DNA of 64,000 nucleotides from an uncultured virus (IMG/VR IMGVR_UViG_3300042290_000472) (lineage: Duplodnaviria > Heunggongvirae > Uroviricota > Caudoviricetes): IMG/VR virus record IMGVR_UViG_3300042290_000472. One strand, given 5' to 3'. The translations under genes and the position numbers were made by a program. This document shows, one piece after another, positions 48,362-56,615 of this stretch. The notes beneath the pieces were generated by a model, which was not told the origin of the DNA, ran no database searches, and was given only the letters and a program-made list of their open reading frames with translations. Each line of letters opens with the position of its first letter. The first letter of the stretch is position 1.

Positions 48362-48802
48362 ATGAGTAAAGCAACCAACCACGTTCAGGCGTTCATCGCC
48401 ATGAACACAGTAGCCTTCAATGCCGCCGCTAAGGTGTTTAGTGCCATCGAGACCCAATCCGACAAGTGGGCAGAATCCCTTGCGGAAGCGGGCATCGTAG
48501 GTCCGGACATTAAGGTTTACGCAATCATGTGGGTGTCTAAGCAGTCGGGCATTGCGCCCAAGGACGGGCAACGCGGTCTGTGCTTCGAGAAAGACAGCAA
48601 GGAAGCTAACCGGGTTAAGTATCTGGTGGCTGTCGCCACTGGCGCAGCAGCAGAGAAGGCAGCGCGGCGCGGCGCGGCGCACACACCCGTTAAGGTCAAC
48701 AAGGCTAAGGTGAGCGCAATCGTAGAGCTTTGCGCCGGTTTGACCAAAGCCGAAGTGGTGGCGCTGTTGGCCGCTGCACGTGATGCCATCACATTTGAGT
48801 GA
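48362..48802 (+). CDS. hypothetical early protein
   Basis: MSKATNHV start with AGGAGAA RBS; 146 aa. Confidence 0.7.
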   Translation: MSKATNHVQAFIAMNTVAFNAAAKVFSAIETQSDKWAESLAEAGIVGPDIKVYAIMWVSKQSGIAPKDGQRGLCFEKDSKEANRVKYLVAVATGAAAEKAARRGAAHTPVKVNKAKVSAIVELCAGLTKAEVVALLAAARDAITFE

Positions 48803-48806
48803 CCCG

Positions 48807-48831
48807 ACTGGGGAGAACGGTTCTCCCCAGT
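48807..48831. repeat. palindromic element A, copy 2
   Basis: ACTGGGGAGAAC-G-GTTCTCCCCAGT, 4 bp after a stop codon, followed by TTT. Confidence 0.95.
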
Positions 48832-48899
48832 TTTCCCTGCAACGGTGTCAGCATGGTGCTGGCCCGTTGTTCCTTCCCATGTCAAACCCGGAGATTCTC

Positions 48900-49085
48900 A
48901 TGCCCGAACAACTTTTATTCACTGTCCTCGTCCTACTTGACCGCCTGCTCGACCCTGATTGCGGCGAGATCGAACACTACGAAATCGACCAAGAAATCCA
49001 GCGCTTGCAACACTTCATGCACCCCACCGACAGCGGCTACTTCCAAGCCGTCCTCGACATTGCGGCCGTCGCCAACAGCTTCTAA
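48900..49085 (+). CDS. small hypothetical protein
   Basis: MPEQLLF start, GGAGATTCTC RBS. Confidence 0.55.
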   Translation: MPEQLLFTVLVLLDRLLDPDCGEIEHYEIDQEIQRLQHFMHPTDSGYFQAVLDIAAVANSF

Positions 49086-49095
49086 GGAGATTCTC

Positions 49096-49257
49096 ATGCA
49101 ATTCACCATCATCGCCCGTGACTGCGGCATCGACCGCAACTACCCATGCAACACATACGAGGAAGCCAACTTCCTGTTCAACGCCTTGAGTCTTGCGGCT
49201 CGCCACGTTGAGTGGTGGAAGGGCGCAACCCTCGTCACCCAATACGTCAACAACTAA
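49096..49257 (+). CDS. small hypothetical protein
   Basis: MQFTIIARDC start, identical GGAGATTCTC RBS. Confidence 0.6.
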   Translation: MQFTIIARDCGIDRNYPCNTYEEANFLFNALSLAARHVEWWKGATLVTQYVNN

Positions 49258-49324
49258 GGAAACTCTCTCAGCCTTGCGTGCAGGGCTGAGGGGGCAATCC
49301 TGCCCGTTAACTGGAGTATCAACC

Positions 49325-49504
49325 ATGAGCAATCGCTACACAATCAAGACCCTGAACCTCAACCAACTGCGCGAACTGCGAGGCGAGCTGCGCCGTGATG
49401 CCGAGGCCAGCGCACGTAAGCGCAAGATGGTCGAGCAGGCCCGCACACGTGACAACGCGTGGACTGAACTCAAAGGCACTACTCGCCCTCTGCGTATTAA
49501 GTAA
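49325..49504 (+). CDS. small basic hypothetical protein
   Basis: MSNRYTIK start, GGAG RBS. Confidence 0.6.
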   Translation: MSNRYTIKTLNLNQLRELRGELRRDAEASARKRKMVEQARTRDNAWTELKGTTRPLRIK

Positions 49505-49509
49505 AACAA

Positions 49510-49534
49510 ACTGGGGAGAACGGTTCTCCCCAGT
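49510..49534. repeat. palindromic element A, copy 3
   Basis: Identical 25-mer, 5 bp after a stop codon. Confidence 0.95.
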
Positions 49535-49646
49535 AACACGTTGTGGAAAACCCCCTAAAAAGGCATACCCACCACGTCCCAGCGTTTACACCCCCAGTGC
49601 AGCGCATCTGGGCGTCCGCCAAGCCAATGTTTATGCGGTGTCCAGC

Positions 49647-49724
49647 GTACACCCACCTAAGCACCTATATATAAATATAAGATTTTCTCTAGATATATAT
49701 ATATACGTGTGCAAGTGGGTATAC
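49647..49724. other. AT-rich imperfect palindrome, candidate replication origin
   Basis: GTACACCCAC...(TA)n-rich core...GTGGGTATAC within a ~350-bp non-coding stretch. Confidence 0.4.
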
Positions 49725-49858
49725 TTTCGTGCGTTTGTTTGGTTTGGTTAAAGCTCTTCCAAAATGCTGGGTATCGTGGGCTGGATACCAAAGAAATGGC
49801 GTAACCACGGGGCTTCAAGCCATCCCCACCACCACGTCATCGCCCGAGAATCAGGGGG

Positions 49859-49864
49859 TATAAT
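49859..49864 (+). promoter_or_regulatory. consensus -10 box
   Basis: TATAAT 21 bp upstream of ORF 49886; -35 poor. Confidence 0.35.
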
Positions 49865-49885
49865 GTCCACGGGTTACACACAATC

Positions 49886-50626
49886 ATGGAGTTTCCAATG
49901 GAACACAGCGACAATTTTCACCTTGCACCTGCCCGTGCGCACGATGGCAAGGCCCTCAAAGCAGCGGCGTTCTGCCCTGACTGTCAGACGGTCAAGCCCT
50001 TGCCCGAGTTCAAACGCTACCTCACAGGCGGGGAGCTTGCGGCCCAAGGCTACACCTCTGGCGCAAAGGTCGAGATCGAGACGGCCAAGTGCCGATCATG
50101 CAGGCCCAAGCGCAAGCCTGTGCAGAAGCTGAACACCGCTGAGCTGAAGAACCGTGCGGCCAACGGGGACATCAAACCCTACGTGGCGCAGCAGATCATG
50201 CAGGAACGCAAGAAGCGGGGGCTTGCTGCGCAGCGTGCGGGGGCCATCAAGTCCTATCTGTCCAAGGTCAAGGCCAAGTGGACGCCCATCTTGGCCGGGT
50301 TCCAAGCCGAGGCTGTGCCCGTGCGCCACCAGCTCAAGTACGAACGCGCCCGAAACCCGGACAGCCCGTTGATGGCCTTCCTCACCGCGTACCAAACGAT
50401 GCTGCAAGAGACCGCATCCCTGCTCAAGTTCCATCACATACGCTTGAAGCCTTCGATGCCCGAGAAGGACCGACCGGACTGGCAGCAGCACGTGCCCAAG
50501 CCCCAGCGTGCGAAGCTGGAGGCCCTATGGAACGCCGTACCCATTGAGAAGCGGGTGAAGGTGCGTATGCCTGCGCTGTTCACCTACCGCATAGCGGAAG
50601 ACCGGGAACATTCATCAACCTGCTGA
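49886..50626 (+). CDS. basic protein with N-terminal CxxC...CxxC zinc finger
   Basis: CPDCQTVKPLPEF...KCRSC; Lys/Arg-rich. Confidence 0.7.
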   Translation: MEFPMEHSDNFHLAPARAHDGKALKAAAFCPDCQTVKPLPEFKRYLTGGELAAQGYTSGAKVEIETAKCRSCRPKRKPVQKLNTAELKNRAANGDIKPYVAQQIMQERKKRGLAAQRAGAIKSYLSKVKAKWTPILAGFQAEAVPVRHQLKYERARNPDSPLMAFLTAYQTMLQETASLLKFHHIRLKPSMPEKDRPDWQQHVPKPQRAKLEALWNAVPIEKRVKVRMPALFTYRIAEDREHSSTC

Positions 50627-50651
50627 ACTGGGGAGAACGGTTCTCCCCAGT
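50627..50651. repeat. palindromic element A, copy 4
   Basis: Identical 25-mer directly after TGA, followed by TTTTCTTTC. Confidence 0.95.
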
Positions 50652-50667
50652 TTTTCTTTCTGAATCC

Positions 50668-50686
50668 GTGAGACACCCTGTCTCAC
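50668..50686. repeat. palindromic element B, copy 1
   Basis: GTGAGAC-ACCCT-GTCTCAC. Confidence 0.85.
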
Positions 50687-50733
50687 AAACCGCCGCCAGT
50701 CGGCCACTGGCAAACAACCTATGGAGAAGCAAC

Positions 50734-51171
50734 ATGAACCTCAACGATATGCCCATCACAATGGACGAACCCCAACAGCCAGCCCACGCTGTGCACCACA
50801 CGCTCATCGACGCGCTGCTCAGCCAGTTCACCGCGCACATCGACATGCTGGTGGAGACCAAGTTCCACGCCATGCTGGCCAACCGCAACGCGCTCAAGCT
50901 CATGGACGAGGAGATGCACAAACAGATCGAGGCCATGATCGAGAACCGCATGCTCGACCACGAGGGCAGCAGCGATCACTTGGACGAAGCAAACGTGGAG
51001 CAGCTCGCCGCTGACACCGCACGTGAGACGCTGAAAGAGTACGCCAGCACGCAAGAGGGCTGGGTCACCAAGGACCAAGTGCAGGACATCATCACCGAGC
51101 AGATGGACGAAGAGCTCGACAACATTGACTGGGACGAGAAGGTCAAAGACGCTATCCGTAACCTGTTGTGA
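50734..51171 (+). CDS. acidic helical hypothetical protein
   Basis: MNLNDMP start, GGAGAAGCAAC RBS. Confidence 0.7.
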   Translation: MNLNDMPITMDEPQQPAHAVHHTLIDALLSQFTAHIDMLVETKFHAMLANRNALKLMDEEMHKQIEAMIENRMLDHEGSSDHLDEANVEQLAADTARETLKEYASTQEGWVTKDQVQDIITEQMDEELDNIDWDEKVKDAIRNLL

Positions 51172-51175
51172 GGAG

Positions 51176-51337
51176 ATGGCCATGCACCACGAGCTGGACA
51201 AGACCATCGAGTCAATTGAAAAGATCATGCGCCTCATGTGGGACATGCTGCCTGAGAAAGATCAGGCGCTGCTCGCACATGCGTATGCCTTCGCGCTGAT
51301 CCGGCGCATCGCCAACAAAGGAATGGAGAGATCATGA
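51176..51337 (+). CDS. small hypothetical protein
   Basis: MAMHHELDK, GAGGAG RBS. Confidence 0.55.
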   Translation: MAMHHELDKTIESIEKIMRLMWDMLPEKDQALLAHAYAFALIRRIANKGMERS

Positions 51338-51471
51338 AACGATACACCGGGCCAGCAAAGCCCATCCCCACAAACGTGAGACAGCCCGTCTCACGCTACA
51401 TCACGTGCGCCATCTACGTGGCGTGCATTGTCGTCCTCTTGTTGGACTTGTTTTATTGGAGAGCAGGATGA
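51334..51471 (+). CDS. 45-aa single-TM protein (not in ORF track)
   Basis: MKRYTGPAKP...CAIYVACIVVLLLDLFYWRAG*; ATGA overlaps at both ends. Confidence 0.6.
   Translation: MKRYTGPAKPIPTNVRQPVSRYITCAIYVACIVVLLLDLFYWRAG
51376..51394. repeat. palindromic element B, copy 2
   Basis: GTGAGAC-AGCCC-GTCTCAC, inside a small ORF. Confidence 0.85.
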
Positions 51472-51779
51472 AAACATCTGAACTGACAAGACACGCCCTT
51501 GATTGGGCGGTGCATCAAGCACGGTTTGAAGGGGCTTGCCATGACGAGCCGTTCCCCAGTTACTCAACCGACTGGAAACATGGTGGGCCGATCGTTGAGC
51601 GTGAGAAGTTGTTCGTGAAGCCTACCATCAGCAAAGGGTGGAGAAGCTATCAGCGTGATCCGTTCGGCAACGGCATCTGCCATTCACAGTACGGCCCCAC
51701 ACCCCTGATCGCCGCTATGCGGTGCTACGTTGCATCCAAGCTGGGTGACGACATCAACATTCCCGAGGAGTTGAAATGA
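51468..51779 (+). CDS. NinX/DUF2591-like protein
   Basis: ELT..ALDWAV..YSTDW..GGPIVERE..GPTPLIAAMRCYVASKLG. Confidence 0.75.
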   Translation: MKTSELTRHALDWAVHQARFEGACHDEPFPSYSTDWKHGGPIVEREKLFVKPTISKGWRSYQRDPFGNGICHSQYGPTPLIAAMRCYVASKLGDDINIPEELK

Positions 51780-52078
51780 AAAGACCTAGCTTGTGGGCAC
51801 TGCCCGCGCACATGAAAGCCGCACAACCCATGGCGCTGCCGACCAAGACCATCACGATGATTGACTACGACGCAGTGCGCGAGCACTTGCAGGCGCACGG
51901 CTTCATGGTGCTGCACGTACCGGTGGAGGAGCTGCGCACCAACAAGTGTGGTGCGGACGAGGCCCCGGATATCAAGTGCATCATCAGCGCAGCGGCCATG
52001 CGCAAGTGGCCGAAGCTCAACACGTACCGCATCGACGCCACGCGCTGGCTTATCAAACTACAAGGAGAAAGCAAATGA
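51776..52078 (+). CDS. hypothetical protein
   Basis: 100 aa, ATGA-coupled. Confidence 0.6.
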   Translation: MKRPSLWALPAHMKAAQPMALPTKTITMIDYDAVREHLQAHGFMVLHVPVEELRTNKCGADEAPDIKCIISAAAMRKWPKLNTYRIDATRWLIKLQGESK

Positions 52079-52266
52079 ACGAAGGACAAGAGCACGAATG
52101 GCACATCGAGCTGGACTACATGCTGGCAAAGGTGCGCCACGCTGTGCAGATTCTCAATGAGAGCAACTTAAAAACACTGAGTGACGGCTACGCCATCAAA
52201 GAACTGGAGCCTGTGTTGTTCAGGCTTCAGGAGTTGTGCAATTTAACCAAAGGAGAAAGCAAATGA
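52075..52266 (+). CDS. hypothetical protein
   Basis: MNEGQEHEW, AAGGAGAAAGCAA RBS, ATGA-coupled. Confidence 0.6.
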   Translation: MNEGQEHEWHIELDYMLAKVRHAVQILNESNLKTLSDGYAIKELEPVLFRLQELCNLTKGESK

Positions 52267-52535
52267 GATTCAAGATTAGATTCGGTAACGCTGAGCTGTT
52301 GCTCACAGCAGAGCAGCTCGACGCCATGGTGGCCCTTGCTGAGCAGGCAGAGACCATCGAGGAGAACTACGTGGGCAGACAAAGCGGGTACGTAGGCCAC
52401 GATAACAACTACGAGTTGCGCTTCGCGCTGTTCGATACGCAGCGCAGCGCCGCAGTGCAGGTCGTGTCAACCAAGGAGCTGGACAAGTGGCACACACTCA
52501 ACGCATACCGTCAACAAAAGGAGAACGAGCAATGA
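52263..52535 (+). CDS. hypothetical protein
   Basis: MRFKIRFG, same RBS, ATGA-coupled. Confidence 0.6.
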   Translation: MRFKIRFGNAELLLTAEQLDAMVALAEQAETIEENYVGRQSGYVGHDNNYELRFALFDTQRSAAVQVVSTKELDKWHTLNAYRQQKENEQ

Positions 52536-52699
52536 AAGCGTACACAGTACACATCCAAGCAGTCGAGTTCTACACCATCGAGGTGCAGGCCGAAGACAAA
52601 GAGCAAGCCGAGGAAAAAGCATGGCGCTTGTTCCCACACCACAGCGCCAACTACGGCGAGAACAACGTGACTGAAATTGAGGAGCACTCAAATGACTGA
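52532..52699 (+). CDS. small protein, DpnD/PcfM-like pattern
   Basis: MKAYTVHI...IEVQAEDKEQAEEKA. Confidence 0.55.
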   Translation: MKAYTVHIQAVEFYTIEVQAEDKEQAEEKAWRLFPHHSANYGENNVTEIEEHSND

Positions 52700-53378
52700 A
52701 GAAACCGAAACAGAACAGACCGAGTTCAGCTACCAAGAACTCAGCCAACGCGCCAAGGACAAGGCGTTGCAGTGGTTCAGCGAATCGCTGGACCACGAGT
52801 GGTGGGACGGTGTGTACGAGAACGCCAAAGCAGACGGGCCTGAACGTGGCTTCGAGATTGACGACATACGCTTCTCAGGCTTCTGGTCACAAGGTGATGG
52901 CGCATCGTGGACAGGCAGCGTGCGCATCAAAGAGTTCCTTGACTACCACCTCAAGGAAGATCACCCCGACTTCGGCCGCTACTTCATACTGCAAGCCATC
53001 CTCAACGAGGGGTACGACTGGGTCGAGCGCTACACCAACGTCAACCGCAGTGGCTTCCACTACGTGCACGACAACATGATGCGCCTTGAGAGCATCAGCT
53101 ACAGTAACCTCGAATGCCTCGACGAGGACGATGAAGAGCGCTTGCAAGAGGAAGGCCCGCTGCAACGTGCGAACATCTACCAACTGTACAAGGGCGCAGA
53201 CATCGACCACCTGATCGACGACCTTGAGACGTGGATACTCGAAGAGGCGCAGGCCTACGCACGCCAGATATACGACGACCTTGAGTCCGAGCACGAGCAC
53301 CTCACCAGTGAGGAGTCACTGATCGAAGCCGCCGAAGCCAACGGCTGGATGTTCGACGAGGATGGAGCGCTTGTATGA
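52692..53378 (+). CDS. highly acidic conserved phage protein
   Basis: ELSQRAKDKA..FSGFWSQGDGAS..EHLTSEE..ANGWMFDEDG; Asp/Glu-rich. Confidence 0.75.
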   Translation: MTEETETEQTEFSYQELSQRAKDKALQWFSESLDHEWWDGVYENAKADGPERGFEIDDIRFSGFWSQGDGASWTGSVRIKEFLDYHLKEDHPDFGRYFILQAILNEGYDWVERYTNVNRSGFHYVHDNMMRLESISYSNLECLDEDDEERLQEEGPLQRANIYQLYKGADIDHLIDDLETWILEEAQAYARQIYDDLESEHEHLTSEESLIEAAEANGWMFDEDGALV

Positions 53379-53650
53379 CACCGGACGAGTGGGTCTTGGT
53401 CGCGCCGACCATCTTGACGGTAGCGGGTCTGGAGTTCACTGTACACAACCACGGCGAACACATCATCGTGTACAACATAGACCGGCACGGCCGCAGGCAC
53501 GAGTACCACCTGTGGCCCACCACAGGTACGTGGCGACACAAACCCCCGGGAAACGAATGGGGTACTGGGACCAACCACACCCATATCAGGAAAAAGTTCG
53601 GCGGTGTGCGCGGTCTCGTGCGCTACATACAAGAAGTTCTTACCGAGTAA
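53375..53650 (+). CDS. hypothetical protein
   Basis: 91 aa, ATGA-coupled. Confidence 0.6.
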   Translation: MTPDEWVLVAPTILTVAGLEFTVHNHGEHIIVYNIDRHGRRHEYHLWPTTGTWRHKPPGNEWGTGTNHTHIRKKFGGVRGLVRYIQEVLTE

Positions 53651-53656
53651 TCAACC

Positions 53657-53675
53657 GTGAGACATGTCGTCTCAC
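53657..53675. repeat. palindromic element B, copy 3
   Basis: GTGAGAC-ATGTC-GTCTCAC, intergenic, just upstream of the RBS of 53697. Confidence 0.85.
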
Positions 53676-53696
53676 ACAACACTAGGAGAAGCAACC

Positions 53697-54662
53697 ATGT
53701 TTTCATCATCCATACACACGCTGCCCAACGTCACCACGTGGGAGTCAGCGCACAACACGTTCAACAACACGCCGCGCCCAAAAGGCCCACGCAGCACACA
53801 GAAGTGGAACGACAACCAACGCCCGCTCAAGGACAACCGCTCGTGGCACTACCGCATCGAGCGCATCAACGGGGGCGAGCACTACGACGTGTGCCTGCAC
53901 CACACAGTGATGGCACGCTACTACAAACCAACAGCAGACGGGCGGCGCGTGCTGTACACCGGGCACCCCTCCAACATGAGCAAACAGTTCATGCGCCACG
54001 TGCTCAATGTGCGCCATCAAAACACGTGGATGACGACGGACGGGCGCACTGTGGCAGTGCCTATCGCCAACAGAGACAGCATCCCAGACAAAGGCTCCTC
54101 GTTCAGCGCTGACCTGTGGCTGGTTAAGCATGAGGTGCTCTACGGCCTGCGCCTCGACGTGGCCAAGTCATCGCACACAACACACTACGTCAAGCGCATG
54201 AGCCCCGACGACAGAGCCACGCACAAGCGGGCACGGGCCAACATGGAGAACCTCATTACGCTGGCCTGCATGCGCATACCCGAATTTCTTGGGCGTGTGT
54301 ATCTCGACTACGACTTGCTCGAACCGTTCCAAGGGGTTGACGTAGGTTATGCCGAGCGTGCCGCGTTAGATTCGCTTGCATCAGGACAGTTCGCCGCACT
54401 CAAGCCGGAGTCACAAGAAAGGCACATCGCTGAGTTCATGCGACTGGCCGAGGATGTGTTCGACTACGAGGCGGTCAAGGTGGCGGAGCGATACCCCAAC
54501 GACTCCATACTGGAACACGTTACAGAGAAGGTTCTGGCTGACGCGTTGTGGAGAATAGCCAAGCGAGAGTGCAGCGTCCTCAAGCGCAAGTCCGACGCTA
54601 TCCAACTGGCCCCGTTCATGGACGTGAAAGACTTCCCCAACACAGCCACGCCCTACCCCTGA
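53697..54662 (+). CDS. hypothetical protein
   Basis: 321 aa from MFSSSIH; AGGAGAAGCAACC RBS. Confidence 0.75.
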   Translation: MFSSSIHTLPNVTTWESAHNTFNNTPRPKGPRSTQKWNDNQRPLKDNRSWHYRIERINGGEHYDVCLHHTVMARYYKPTADGRRVLYTGHPSNMSKQFMRHVLNVRHQNTWMTTDGRTVAVPIANRDSIPDKGSSFSADLWLVKHEVLYGLRLDVAKSSHTTHYVKRMSPDDRATHKRARANMENLITLACMRIPEFLGRVYLDYDLLEPFQGVDVGYAERAALDSLASGQFAALKPESQERHIAEFMRLAEDVFDYEAVKVAERYPNDSILEHVTEKVLADALWRIAKRECSVLKRKSDAIQLAPFMDVKDFPNTATPYP

Positions 54663-54708
54663 CGTGTCAGGGAGAGAAGGAACATTCATCAATCTTTTTG
54701 CAAAGGAG

Positions 54709-54738
54709 TTGTCAAACAATGGACAAATGAGATACAAT
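54709..54738 (+). promoter_or_regulatory. sigma70-like promoter
   Basis: TTGTCA-18 bp-TACAAT upstream of the AAA gene; palindrome A begins 8 bp after the -10. Confidence 0.55.
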
Positions 54739-54745
54739 ATCAAAA

Positions 54746-54770
54746 ACTGGGGAGAACGGTTCTCCCCAGT
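54746..54770. repeat. palindromic element A, copy 5
   Basis: Identical 25-mer between promoter and AAA ATPase RBS. Confidence 0.95.
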
Positions 54771-54810
54771 AACCTCTCAATTTTTCTTTCATCACTAGGA
54801 GTTCTTAATC

Positions 54811-55935
54811 ATGAACAAAATGCTTTCTTTCACTCAAGTCCTCAACCTCATCGCCGCTGTTGGCGACAAGCGCACCGTCATCGTCGAGGGCGAGAACGGC
54901 ATAGGCAAGACCGCGCTGTTCCACGCGCTCAAGAAGCACCCCAAGTTCGCTGGCCACATCGCAGTTGACCCTGTCGATTGCACACAGCTCTCCGATGGTT
55001 CTGTGTGGATGCCTGACCTCGACCGCGAGAACGGCGTGTCACGTGAGTTGCCAAACGAGCGCTTCGGTGTATCGCGCACCAATCAGATGGGTGTCAACGA
55101 TGCCAAGCCAATCATGGTGTTCCTCGACGAGATCGCCAAGGCTCCGCAGTTCATCAAGAACGTGCTGGCCCCGATCATCTACGAGCGCCGCGTTGGCAAC
55201 TACCACATGCCCGAGGGTAGCGTGGTGTTCTGTGCAACCAACTTGGCTGTTGAGGGTCTTGGCGATAGCATTCAGGCGCACCTGCGCAACCGTCTCGTGT
55301 TCGTCAAGATGCGCAAGCCTACCGCTGGCGAGTGGGTGCAGTGGGCCATCGACAAGGGCGTCAACGCTTCGGTGATTGCATTCGTCAACAGCTACGCTCA
55401 GGTCATGGACTCGTTCCTCGACTACGAGAAGGGCGGCAAGCACGAGGGCAAGGATCAGTCCAAGGACAACGGCTACATCTTCAATCCTCGCTCGATGGCA
55501 CTGGCATATGCTACGCCGCGCAGCTTGGTTGCAGCGGGTGACGTGCTCGATGCTGGTGACGGTGTGCTCGACGATGACACGCTTGAGGCTGCGTTGATCG
55601 GTACGCTGGGTGCCACGACTGCTGAGGCGCTGTCTTCATTCGTACGCTTTGGCCGTGACATCTGCTCACTCGAACGTGTGCTCAAAGACCCTGCGACTGC
55701 GCCGCTGGCCGACAACCCCACTGCGCAGCTTGTGCAGGTGTTCCAGTTCGTCTCACGCGTTGACAAGCGCGACGATGCGGCCAAGGTTGTTGAGTACGTG
55801 CTGCGCATGCGCACAGAGATGCAGTCGATCTTCTGCAACAGCGTGGCCAACTCGTCCAACATTGCGCACTATGTGTCGTTGACGAACTTCGGTTCGCTCT
55901 TGGCATCGCACAAGATTTTCTTCAGCACGAAGTAA
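54811..55935 (+). CDS. MoxR-like AAA+ ATPase
   Basis: Walker A GENGIGKT, Walker B VFLDE, sensor ATN, arginine finger LRNR, TPRS. Confidence 0.88.
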   Translation: MNKMLSFTQVLNLIAAVGDKRTVIVEGENGIGKTALFHALKKHPKFAGHIAVDPVDCTQLSDGSVWMPDLDRENGVSRELPNERFGVSRTNQMGVNDAKPIMVFLDEIAKAPQFIKNVLAPIIYERRVGNYHMPEGSVVFCATNLAVEGLGDSIQAHLRNRLVFVKMRKPTAGEWVQWAIDKGVNASVIAFVNSYAQVMDSFLDYEKGGKHEGKDQSKDNGYIFNPRSMALAYATPRSLVAAGDVLDAGDGVLDDDTLEAALIGTLGATTAEALSSFVRFGRDICSLERVLKDPATAPLADNPTAQLVQVFQFVSRVDKRDDAAKVVEYVLRMRTEMQSIFCNSVANSSNIAHYVSLTNFGSLLASHKIFFSTK

Positions 55936-55938
55936 GTC

Positions 55939-56265
55939 ATGAGCACAGTACGCGCAATGAACAAGTACGACTATGTGGATGTGGACATAGACGTCAGCAA
56001 GCTGCTGCGTACCCCGAAAGGGGCGCTGCGGCTCGACGCTAAAGCGGCGTACAAGGAGGGGTGGGCAATGCTCTCCGTGTACGGCTTCTGGCACCCCACG
56101 GTGTTGGCCGGAAGGCACGGCATCGCGCAGCGCACCATCTTGCACCGCATGTTCGTGCCGCGTGACACGCCCAAGGCGGAGAAGCACCGCATGCTGCGAA
56201 CCATGTGCGATCTGTTTGCTGTGAAGCACGGCACTGAGTACGCACTGAGGAGCAAGCTGAAATGA
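55939..56265 (+). CDS. hypothetical protein
   Basis: 108 aa in operon. Confidence 0.6.
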   Translation: MSTVRAMNKYDYVDVDIDVSKLLRTPKGALRLDAKAAYKEGWAMLSVYGFWHPTVLAGRHGIAQRTILHRMFVPRDTPKAEKHRMLRTMCDLFAVKHGTEYALRSKLK

Positions 56266-56615
56266 CAGCACGTTACGACAAGTCGCAGAACATCAACCTG
56301 TTTTGCCGTAACGCTGACGGCGAGATCGTGATCGTGTCCAAGGTGTGGCTGACCGCATCGAAGGGCAAGGCAGCTGTCTCGCTGTATGCAGGGCGCGGCA
56401 TCAAGGACAAGGCCCTGCGCCTTGTTCACCGTGAGTTCTTCGACAAGGCCACGCACACCAAGGACATGGTGATCGCAGCACGTGACACCGTCGCGTTCTT
56501 GTGGGCCATGCACTTCGGTGTGTCTGACTTTGTCGTGATCCACCACGAACCAAAGATGTCGGAGCTTTACCATCCGACCGAACTGAACCTTAAACAACAG
56601 GAGAAGCAACCATGA
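56262..56615 (+). CDS. hypothetical protein
   Basis: 117 aa, ATGA-coupled. Confidence 0.6.
   Translation: MTARYDKSQNINLFCRNADGEIVIVSKVWLTASKGKAAVSLYAGRGIKDKALRLVHREFFDKATHTKDMVIAARDTVAFLWAMHFGVSDFVVIHHEPKMSELYHPTELNLKQQEKQP

Noticed and set aside
48314..54770. Palindrome A copies as a CRISPR array
   Set aside because: Intervals are about 0.5-4 kb and contain genes; no 30-40 bp spacers and no cas genes
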